Positions 20,501-32,500 of a stretch of DNA of 38,589 bases are shown piece by piece. The position numbers and the translations under genes are program-made. The stretch is from Catajapyx aquilonaris (Eukaryota), in NCBI GenBank assembly GCA_000934665.2, contig KZ538961.1, positions 1-38,589 on the forward strand, written 5' to 3'. The notes under the pieces are model-generated. The model was not told the origin of the DNA and ran no database searches. It saw only the letters and a program-made list of their open reading frames with translations. How positions within the stretch are numbered: the first letter of the stretch is position 1; every line of letters starts with the position of its first letter.

Positions 20501-23500
20501 TTTTCACATAATATGTTTGATTTTTTGTTACGGTACTATTTTTGGCTCACTGATGCAGTAATACTGGCAATTGTTTATTTTCGTACCTTTGAATGAAATA
20601 GAGGATCAGCTCCATCTTGCAACAAAAGCTTGACCGTAGACATTTCCCCATGTCTTGACGCAACATGTAGCGGAGTTTCGCCATTTTCCATGACAATGTT
20701 TGGATCTGCACCGGACTTGAGTAACATTTGTGCGCATTTATCACCTCCGGGGACACGAGCCGCAATATGTAAGGCGGTTTCTTGTGCCTTACCACCTTAA
20801 AAGGAAGGCGTTGTTAATCATCCTGACATATCACGAGTTGAACATGTGTTACCTTTAATGTGAACAAGTGCTCCGTGCCCCAAAAGAGTTTCAACCACTA
20901 CTGGATGCCCCGATTCGACGGCAATGTGAAGAGCGGTGTAATTGTCCTGCAATTATTTACAAAAATAATGGTTACACTACCCTGCAAAGTTTTAGCCATT
21001 TTATGCAACAAGGGAATGTGATAATTTGATTATATGATTTTCTACAATTACATTTAATGAAAATTACCGAATGGTAAATTCTACAATTTACCTAATCGTC
21101 CAAACTATACCAAAAGTGTTGAGAAAACAAAAAAAACAGTGTGTAGCTACTATGGGCATAAATGAATATTTTTCAAATAAATAATCATTTCCTCTTCGAA
21201 TCAAATAAAATGTACCGGTCACCCATCAAACCCCGTGCCGCAAAATCTTTGCAAGGTAGTGTTATGAGTTTGTGCCCATTATAAATCACCATGTACGGAT
21301 TTGTTGCACTTACGTTGGTGACAGCGTCCACCTTTTCTCCCTTCAGCAAAAGAGCATTTATCATGGCAGCATGTCCATACCGAGCGGCAATATGTATACT
21401 ACGAGCACCTCCCTTGTTGGGCATGTGTAACGGTACACCTTTCTTGAACAGAGCCATAGCCGTTTCCGGATGGCCATGCAACGATGCTATGTGCATCAGT
21501 GTACTTCCGTCTTTGGTACGTTCAAACACGCTCAATTTGAACTTGTCCGCCAATAGTTCCACTGTGCTGGTGTGCCCCATTTCTGCTGCCACATGCAATG
21601 GTGTCCTATCTGGAAGTGTATAAACCGCATTAGTGAGAGACTGAGGGTTAAGGAATGCGAATAACTTACATACCTTGACTATCAAGAATGTTAGCGTTTG
21701 CTCGTATGCTGTAGAAGTATTTGATTAAGTTTTCGTCTCCTTCAGCAGCAGCCAAATGTAACGCCGTCTGCCCTTCGTCCTGTATGAAAATAATATTAAT
21801 TTACGTTAGTTGTAACAATCAAACGATTCTTGACATTCGGTACTATCACACAAGGCGATCAGGCTAATATTGGCTCCCGGTAGTTCTTGCATATAATAAT
21901 AATATGTACTAATGTACTGTACATTCCTCTGTCATGATTGAAAACCAAAATAATAGTGATAGGAGAGTCATCACTACAAAATCAGGACTTGTAGTTTATC
22001 CAGAGACTTTTACAACTGTCCGAGTACCTTCAGTAAATTATTTCAAAAGTGATATACCCCAAGCTGTAATAGCTATAGTCTCACTTATAAACACTTGCAA
22101 TGCCAGTAGGAGTATTCAGGTCACAAGACATACGTAGATCATGTGGCTGATAGATTCAAAAATCTAAGGGCCGGTTTCACCGAGCTCGGTATATGATAAA
22201 ACCAGGTTTCTTTCAAAAAATCCCTACATATTTGTATGTATTTTCCAAACGAAACACAGCTTCTAGAACGAGGGGGAAATCACTTAGTAAATCCGTTGTA
22301 CACCGACACGTAAGTCCGACCTAAGTCCAATATTCTGTAAGTCCGTTGTACAGTCAGGTATATACTCGTACATAGCTAGTGATTTCCCCCTCGTTCTATA
22401 AACATTTCGATGTTTGGTGTAATTATTGTAGAATGTTGCATATTAGTTCAGCGGTCTTCAACCGATGTGCGCTAACACCATGAGTCACTGGGGCTCTCCA
22501 AAACAGGTCCGTGCATGTATTCGGGTGGTTCATTATAGTACAGTAAATCAAAAGGTCTAGTTCCTTTCCGATACATATTTTCAAGGCTCAAAGTAGAAGC
22601 AGGCTATTCGCATAATAGGGATTAATTAGTAGCGATTCAGTTGTTAAACTCTTTAAAAAAGTGTCACTGTCCGCTGTTGTAGGATACCGGCAAAGGTTTG
22701 TACAGAGAATAGCTTTTCGGGACAGCAAAACCATTATTGCAGACTCAATGTCAATATAGAATATTTACTCGTATTAACCTTTTTGCCTATATGTAGGTTT
22801 ATACGCTAGAAGAACATAACTGATTTATGACGCACATCTTCCAACCTTCCAGCATGTTAGTTCAGACAGTCTTTTCTGGCTCATCTTGTAGTCTGCAACC
22901 AATAGCCTACACACGAGACACACGAGTTTGAAAAAATCCGCAAGAGCTATTTATTTATTAAAAGCTAGATAACTGCAGCTTGGCGTAGTAATTGATGGGT
23001 TTTAGGCGTGTCTACCTCTGGTGTAAGTTGAGATAAAAAGAGGCATCATTCTGTGAGGCACGCCTAAATTTAGTCCAGTACAGGTAGGGGGAATGGGTAA
23101 TTATCATGTGCAGTATTCGATACATCAGAATGAGTAGCGTGGGCAGCAGGTGCAGGTGGCAGCCTGGCTGGGCATGTTTAAAAAAGAAGAGTGAAGCTGC
23201 GAAACGTCACGGCAACATGAGAGCCGAGTGCCTGGGACGCAATACGTCGCCTGTTGGTACCGACCTATGATTCAGGAGCTATTGCTCACGGATTCCACGT
23301 CTGATTGGCTACTAGGCCATGATTTTGGAATTGCCCTAATGGAAACTCTGAGTCTGGGGGGCAAATAGATCCAGTTCGTAAAGATACGAATCGCACGCAA
23401 ATTCTGCTTAATCCGCATCAATTCGCAAGGTCACACTTGTCATTTTTCTGTTATTTAGAAAAACAGGAGGATTTGAACGTCAGGGTTGTAAAGCCAAATG

Positions 23501-26500
23501 ACCTACAGTATTTCGAAAGGCCTGCTTTATATTGGCATATGAATCTTGTGACAATTTCTATCAGGCACCAAAACAGGCCTGCATCAATAATTATTTACTT
23601 TAGTCGCACATCTACATATAAAGGTCATTACTAGCAATTTAACTGCATTTGAGTAGCACCGACTCAAAAGTTTTTTATCTACCGAATTATCAGTTTCAAC
23701 TGAAGGTGCCAGGACGTTCTTGGTACCCCTCTTCACATATTTAAGGAATGAAATTGCTCCGAACGTTGCTAAGTACAATATTTGACCTTCGTGTGAGGTT
23801 CAGAAAATAGGCTGCCGGTCGGGTCAAAGTGCAACACGTCCATTCCAATCCACAAGATATTATTTTGTTGGAGACATTACGGACAATAACAAGTGTTCAA
23901 ACAATGCCTGAATCACTCAAAAATGCCAAAAGGTTCGCAATTTTCTATTTTTATTTACACAGTGCTTATTCGAGAATATAAAAATCCAGACATAAGAAAT
24001 ATAATATTCTCGTTGCCATGGTAACTTTTTAAAACCTGCTATTTTTGATATTGGAATAAGGTAAGAAATTCGCGTAAGACGTCAACGGAAAAATTACTAC
24101 CGCCTTTAAAAATATGAGGTGCTACCCATAATTTCCTAGAATATGGATATACCGTGCATACCAGTAGAGGTACGAACTTGTGACGCTATAGGGAGCGCTA
24201 GGTGCACCTTTCAGCTATTATAGTCTGAAAAATTTGGTCTTCATAGGTGGACATGTTTCCGAGTTTCGGCAGTTTTCTTGACACCGTGTTCTTGTGTTTC
24301 TGCGATTTTTCGAAATGGCTGATGTCAGGGAGCAAAGAATTTGCATTGAATTTTGCTTCCAGCTCAACAAAACTTCAGCTGCAATCCACCGAATGCTGAA
24401 CAACGGCAAGCTGTGAGACAAGCGATAACATAATATGAGTGGGTTAACTGCTTCAAAGGTGGCGTGCCAAGTTCGTAGCTAAATCAACGACTCCATGATG
24501 TTTCCTTTGACATTTTAGGAATTGTACAAATGTAGTTTCTTCCAGTTGGTAAAATTGTCAACAGGAAGTCTTACTGCGATGCTTTGAGACTATTCAGGCT
24601 CAAATGGCCGGAGATGTAGAAGAACATAGACTGGTTGCTGCACCATGACAATGCGCCTGCCCACATTTCACCATTTTCACGCGTATAGTCAGGGACTTCC
24701 TGACACAAAACGACATGACCACTGTTTCCTGCCTATTCGTTTTTCTTGGCCCAATATGATTTCTACCTTTTCCCTAAAATGACATTTAGGTTGAAAATTT
24801 AGGATGAAAAGGAGGCATTTTGACTACACTGAAGCGATCTAAGCAAAATCGCAGCAGGTGTTGAACACACTATACTGTTGGGCAATTTTTTTTGTGCTTC
24901 AAAATATTAGAAATTCGCTGGGATCGTTGCATACGAGCCCAAGGTGACTTCCCTGAAGGTGGCAGTGGAAAATTAGGACCTAAAGTAAATAACTTATTAA
25001 TGTTTTTATGAGCAAATTCTCGAAAATTTTGGGTAGCACCTCGTTATTAGCATTCTGTGTCGATAAGTGCAGTACGTGATAATGGATTATACATAAAACC
25101 TTTACAAACACTAACTGTAAGTACAGTGCAATACTTTTATGGTTCTCACTGTCAGTGAGCGCTCACAGGCTATTGCACGGAATTAATTCATCACTTGAAA
25201 GCGACGACATTTCAGAAATGAGTAGACCTATTGTACATTGTACCTGGTGTCCAACAAGAATTGTCGCAAGCGGCAGCGCACGAACTACAGTCTCTCGTAT
25301 ACCTGTGCTCGTAGATTGTAGTTCGTGCGCTGCCGCTGCGACAATTCTTGTTGGACTGATAGTACAATATTCCAGCTAGCGTCAGTACTGAAAGATCTTT
25401 CGAAAATGCCCATGTATGCGAGTAGAGATTTCGATTCTAATACTGTATAAATCAGGTATAAATATATAACTTAGGATTCTCAGAGATATGCTTTTGTATG
25501 ACTTACATTTTTGTCTGCGTTTGTTACTCTCCCCAAGACACTCCCGTAATTCTTCTTGATAGGGAAGTTAAAGTATTGTATGGCATTATAAATAAATGCC
25601 CATTGTTTAACAGACATGAGCAATTCTGTGTCATTTCTTAGAACATGGAAAATTCAAACCCAGACTTCTAGGTGAACAGTATGTTAATATCACAGCCTAG
25701 TTGAATAATAATTTATGCTGCACTCACAAGAAGATAGTAAAATTTTTTCGTTTTGTGCAGTGTACTGTACCAAGTGAGCTTACTCGGAAAGCAATGGGTT
25801 TCAAAAATATCAAGTATGAAATGTATAAAAAAGAATAAATAAATCAAATAAAATGTGATATACAAGAGTGTATATAATACTGTATACAGTAATTTGTGAA
25901 GATTGCACAGCTACAGGTTGTGGCATTTTGCAGACCTATTTGCAGAAATGGCGATATTTGACTCAATGTGTAGTATAATGTATAATTGTTATGAACACAT
26001 GTTGCAGAGTAATTTGTAGTCCGGAAGAGCCAGGTTAATTCAACTACGATATGCACGTACTTTTGTAGCTGTTCCCAAGAGAGTATCTGCATATTAGTCA
26101 TGTCCTGAACAACGAAAGAACAGAGCAGGATCTGTAACCAGACCGTGCCCTGACCGAACACGAAGTATGAATCAGTTTTCAATGGCGCAAGATCCGGAGT
26201 AGATTTGTCTTGTGGAACCCGTACGGCATATTGCGTGCGTAGGATGAAGGTGCAAAAAGAAGGGGTGGTGGGGGAGGAGACGTGTAGGTTAGCGGGGGCG
26301 AGAGGGGGCAAAGGTAGCTAGGTGGGGTGGGGGGACCCCAGCCTTTATCGGTACATCATCGGCTGACCTCGGCACGTCATCTGGCAGGCAGTCAGGTGAA
26401 GGTCTCAGCACTTGCTTTCAGGATCGATGCCCGCGCCACCAGTACGTACACCAACGCGTATTCACGTAACCAGATTTCACAAGTTAATTCCGGATTGTTA

Positions 26501-29500
26501 ACTTCACCTTAATGAGCCCAAAAGAAAGTCGATACACTAATCTCGGAATGCACTGCTTTGAGTATGGTATTTTAGTGTTTAATATGGCTATATTCGATCA
26601 AGAGCAGCTCAGGTTACGCCAACGTAGCCGCAAGTATTCAGATGCAAGAGCACGGCTTTCCAGCAGATTGGACCTCGCAGTGTTCCTTACGAGCATTCCA
26701 ACAGTGCAATGGTGCGCTGCCGGAAGAATCTATATGGATGGTTCACTCCAGCAACCAATTTAATGAAAAGCAACAATCGCGACAAGTGAGTAGTGCCCTT
26801 ATACAGTACTGCGGCTTTCAACAGGGTGAATAGTAGCCTGTAAACTGGAGGGGTGATGACGTTGTTCTGAACTTTAAAAAATAGTAGTACGGTACCGTCC
26901 GGTGTAGACCTTTTCCAACAATGACTGAGACATGAAAGAGTTTATAAGCTATTTGGGCAATAAGTCTGCACTGACGTCAACAGTGTGCTATACCGGGAAT
27001 ATTGGCCCCAAATTGCGACCGTTCCAAAGGGCACCATGCTTGCCCTCGGAATATAGGTGGTGGTGGGGGGGGGGGNNNNNNNNNNNNNNNNNNNACGAAG
27101 ATTTTACAATGCCACTGATCGTAATCCTGACTCGACGTCTTAGGGCCTACTTCTTCGAAAACCTACAATTAGGTCATAAAAAATCCCTGAATTCGCCTCA
27201 CATGGCTGGCCCAAAAATCAGAGAGGAAATAGAGAAAAAGCGTTGTGTATACTTACGTTTTGGGCATCAACTTGAGCACCGTGGTCCACCAATATCCGAA
27301 CCAGATCCATGTCGCGTTTTTTTACTGCCAAGTGAAGGGCGGTGTCCTAGAAACATAACAAATATATATCATTTCATTTACACAGTTATTTCCGCTTTTA
27401 AATACCATTCACTTCTTAAAATTGTACAATAGAAACCATTATTCAAAAATGTATTATCATTTCATGAAGCTTCTCTTCCGATAGCCAAAACTGGCTCTCT
27501 GTAAAATATTCCTGAGACGATTTACATAGCCAAAGGAGTATGCCAACCAATGCCAACGTTTCCCCTTGGACCTATTGCACAGCATTATTTTGATAATATG
27601 ACTGCTGGGAAATGGTCGTGAGCGTATTAGGTAAAATTCTGCTCGCTTCGCTTTGAGTCATATTATAGGGAGGTCTGTAACTCCAAGATTGCTTCAGGTA
27701 TGATGAATACTGTCTTGTCCTGTAAGACTAACGTATATCTGTGGCTGAGAGGCATAACTGCTTCATGCGGTGGCAGTGAAGTCTTTATCTTGTTACTGTT
27801 GGCAGTATTATAGGGAATATCCTTCAGGTCACAACACCACTGTGGAAGACGAGTCAAGTGCCATGGAGGAGATCCCTATAATGCCATGATAATGCATTAA
27901 AACAAATTACGCTACACGCATGCCAATTTTCCAGCTGACACGCCAACAAGTAAGAATATCATTCAGTATGACAAGTTATAGGCAGTTTTTTAAAACTGAA
28001 ACCTTTCTAAAACATGGAGAAGAGGGAATTTCCTATTTCTCGACTTCCCAGAATCTGTCAAAATAATACTTTAAGTCGTTTATGATAGTGAGAAAATTTA
28101 AAGTAATATAAATATAAAATTTTTCCTTTGAAATAGCAGGGCTACTGACAAATATTCCCATTGTAATAGTTTTCTCCTTTCTTGACAATAGGCAAACCAA
28201 AATATACAATATATGAATTTCAGGGTGTAAATATTATAAATCCCTAATCTAACTGTTTGGAGTACAATGGAGTGCAGATGACAGCTAATGTGATGGAATT
28301 TAAAGCAAAATCTGTTACAAAATTTGTCAAAGTTGTAATTAGAAAAAATTGTGTCTGAATCATTTCTGCATGTGCAAATAATTTTCCACCCATGATTGTT
28401 TCACTTACCTTTGTTGAATCAGATCTGAATCGAACTTGGTCACCAGGAGCGTGGGACAGGAGTTCAAGACAGGCACTTCTGTTACCAGATTCTAGTGCCA
28501 CAAAGAGAGGGATATTTCCATTCTGAAATGAAAGTAAGCGATGCATCACACTCTCTTCTGTAACAGCATACTCAAGTGAACGCTAATGAAGAACATACCC
28601 CGTCCTTTTGTAGTCGACATTCCTTAGATGCAGCGCCCAATAGGAACCGGAGCATATTTGTGGCAACACCAGTAGGCCTAGTACATACCATATGGATGGG
28701 CGATTGTTGCTTTGGCTGCGTAATAATGAGTAATATTAGCTAGCATTTGTTATATGTAGTGAAGAGTGTTCTAGTTAGCAACAAAATAAATTCATTTACC
28801 TATCAACTACATATTTTATGACAGACAGCACTTAGCCAGCGAGGAAATTATTTTGTTTTGTACTGTATTACCTCGCAAATTGCGGTATGCCGGTAAAATG
28901 AGGGGTGACCAAATTTTAGAAAGTGGCACGCCGCGCCGGTATAAGGCGGAGTTTTGTCTGCATCTTACCTGGGAAGATTATGCCATATGGCGAATAGAAT
29001 AATTCTATTCGCCATATGGCATAATCTATATTTCCATATTTCCCTATATTTTCCCTTTCTTGAAGAAATAATTTCTTCAAGAAAGGGAAAATATAGGGAA
29101 ATCGATCCCCGCCCAACCTCCCCCATTAGTCAATGGCTATTCGTGAGGGCTCTGTGTTCCGGTAAACCACTTACCAACTTTTGTGACAAGATGTGGCATT
29201 CCCACATACGCCCTAAGCAAGATTTAATCATTATTAATACGCATGAGGTCACTTCAGTTATACCGGTAGGTACTTTAGTTCTAACTTGAGATTCGTTTGC
29301 CCCTGTCAGAAGTCGTTCAATAGAGGTTAAAAATATAGAATAATTTTAAAGAGAAAGAGGAAGTGGTGAGAATTGCACCACATGATACCTGCCGGCCGTC
29401 TATACCGGCCCCCTGGTCGACCTCGTTTTATACCGGCATGAAGTAATTTTGGCTGTAATACGGCATTAACAACACTTGTAAACAGCAGTTGACTTACCCC

Positions 29501-32500
29501 TCCAATAGCATTTACGTCAGCCTTTTTCACCAAAAGAAGTTTGATCATTTCTTCTCTGGCGTGCAAAGACGCCAGGTGAATTGCTGCCAAGTTTTCCTGC
29601 AATGAAATGGAAACATTCCAGTTTACGACACTGCAGACACCATTATTTTAAAACCGCGCTTTCAGCGTCAATGCCAAAAAATCGCATTAGTATTACTATA
29701 TATTATTGTCTCTTCAATTCAATTCAATCAGTCAAGTTGAATGAATGAATATTTTGTAGTTGGTGAAAATTCCACCTTTGGAACGAACACTTAAAATTCC
29801 GACATTGTGATACACAATAAAACTGGAATGGAAGCTCGTACACGCTTGTTTTAATAACATCAGCCCTACATTAGTTTGTGGTATGTCAGTTGCAAAAATA
29901 ACGTGACATTTATTGTGTAGATAGAAGGCACCTGCAAGTCACGCCTATACTCGGAGAGATGTTATCATTATTAAAAATTAAACTCGGAGCAACGACCTTC
30001 GCGTTGTGAACCAGCTTATTTTTAACTCTGCGTGCTACCTTGAATCCCTCAAATAAGATTGGTGACTCGCTAACGTCACATAACCGCAACAAATTATTTA
30101 ATTATTTGTTCTACTCATTTTTTGTATAAAAAATCAAGACTCTACGAATGAACTTGAGATGTGAATGCCAAAGCTAACATTCCCTTTGATTTTCCAGACT
30201 GAAGTGTGTGGCGTGACCCGACACCACCCTCGAAAGGGGGGCGTTAGAGGTCAATTAGACCATTTCAACTGCCAGCCTTAATCACTTGCAAACCTGGCCC
30301 CATCGACTCCGACTCACCATCAACATGTCAAGTTCACTATTAATGCTCTTTCCGCCATTTTTTGATGGCAAGGGTGGAGGGTGGTAAGGGGGGGGGGGTT
30401 GATTTCTGGAAAGTTGAAGTGACGCTCGGGGGGAGTTTTGGGCGCAATTTGAGATCACGACAGGACCCCTTAATCACACTAGGTGAATGTGTCAAGTGGC
30501 TAAGATTAGGTCCTTGAGCTAATCGCGAGCGCATTCAAGCGGAGGCCTTTGCTGCCATTTTTGCGTGCCGACTAGTCATAACCTGTGCCCAATCTCAGCA
30601 TAGATTGATGGACGCTTGGATTTAAGGCGCCTTTTAATCAGTTACCTGCTACCCGAAACAAAATTTCCTGTCTTAATCGACCAGCATTCACTCTCAGGCT
30701 GTCGTTCTTTTCTGTGTATGTGACATTGCCCAACAATGGTGACTTACACCTGTTTCGACCTTCACAAGGCGACAGTTGCTCGCTACTAATTTGATTACAA
30801 ATGGGCTAATGTATCATTGCGAAACAGTGCCATTTCGAGCGTTTTATAGTGTGCACCACGCAATTTATCCTCATGTTGAGTATGATATCTTAATAACACA
30901 TCAACATGCATCAACCAGGTTAAAACTGACCAGGAATGTGACTGTCTATATGAACATAGCTTCAATGTACTGTACCAACATGAATTAAATGCAGAATTCA
31001 CTCTTACGTACATCATAGAGTATGTTGTCTGACAGTTGCATATTAAATGAAGATCATAATGCAATAGGCCTAATATAAGTAGGCCTAGGGCTTTTCAGTC
31101 CCTTTAACATCTTGGCATTGCCCACTTTTGAATAATATACAACATTGTGTCGCAAGTATGCCCACAGTTTGCACTTTTCAAACACTCTCTCGTCAGAAAA
31201 TGCAGAAACGTAAAGTTAACTGCCTTCTGGAGAAATAAGCACAGAACCGGCTTAGAAATTTGCGGAAGATTGATCCCCGGATGATTACGAAATGTGATAT
31301 CCTGCCCGAGGGCTCTACGTCTATTTGCGCTCTAAGATTTATTATGAAATCACGAGTGTTTGTGCTATTTTTTAAAAATAATACTCGGCACTCCACGAGG
31401 GAAGTGAAAGAGAGCAACGACTCTCAGGAAATGCAGTCCAGTTTAGCAGACCTATCGATCGTCTTGTTGTGTGCATAGTATTACAGTCGACTAACTTAAT
31501 ACGTGCGAAATATTGAATGTAAATGTGTGTGTGATCCAAGGTGTGATCACATGTCACTGGCGTGAAAGAGACAAAGGCAAGCATCTGAGTAAGTAAGGGA
31601 GCGAATCTGTAGGACGCGACATTTTCTTTTCCTTCGAAGATTATTTGTTCATACAGTATATTATTATGCTAAATGTGACAGCTAAAAAGTGAGACTTAAA
31701 CAGATATTATATTATTTGCCTGTAAATATCCAAAATACACGTATACATTAAAAAGATATGCCTACTCCGCCAAATAAAACTAACTGTTCAAAAGTAAGTC
31801 CACGAAAAATTGCTAGTAACATACACCACTTTATTGGAATAAGCTGCTGACTGAACAACATGATAATTTTAGGTTAATTCATTCTAGTCCATTGTAACGA
31901 AACATTTACCCTACCTTGAACAAAAATAGCCAATCTATAAAATAGCACAGACACCCTTATCCCTCTCCACCCACCACCTACTCCGGGAATAAATCATGTT
32001 TGAGAAATTGACCTTGATTCCTATCAACGATCACGTCCGTGATTACCTCATATTTCCACTATGTTCCTATGCAACCAACAATACCACATTTTCACTGGAA
32101 AACTAATATTTGTGATTCAATGCCTACGTCTTTGAGTCAGGGAGCATATAATATGTAGTATATGCTCCCTGTCTGAGTTCTGAGTTTCATTGTCATTGCA
32201 TAGTATGTTTCTATAATCTACTCACTTTCTGAGCAACCGCCAATGCCAGCAGTAGCGTAAGATATTTTTCGCCTTTACAGTCTATAATTTGCCCTACGCG
32301 CCATACAAATTGAACCTAGAATAATCGATACACGCTATGTAATTAAACTCCGTAGTTCACTAAACTTGTCCCTCAAATTCGAACAATAAGGGTCGGCACC
32401 GACAGGCTCCCCAAAGAAACCTTTTGTCCTTTATAAACTCCCTTTTGACATTATTCTCGACGCACAGTTTTTTTTTAAAGTAGTAGACAATACAAAGAAA

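Larger units (their letters stand above)
28863..29463. mobile_element. Degenerate pogo-like MITE (about 50-bp TIR) hosting two perfect palindromes
   Basis: tactgtattacctcgcaaattgcggtatgccggtaaaatgaggggtgacca aligns with the right-end reverse complement tgccgtattacagccaaaattacttcatgccggtataaaacgaggtcgacca. Confidence 0.6.

Noticed and set aside
25501..25650. Open minus-strand stretch ending ...TNADKN|gtaagt, a possible cryptic nompC exon
   Set aside because: No ankyrin consensus, no convincing phase-0 acceptor, and the flanking exons already join colinearly with NompC.
26280..26830. GC-richer intronic block with small ORFs
   Set aside because: No recognisable protein motif, termini or splice-compatible exon. 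Left unassigned.
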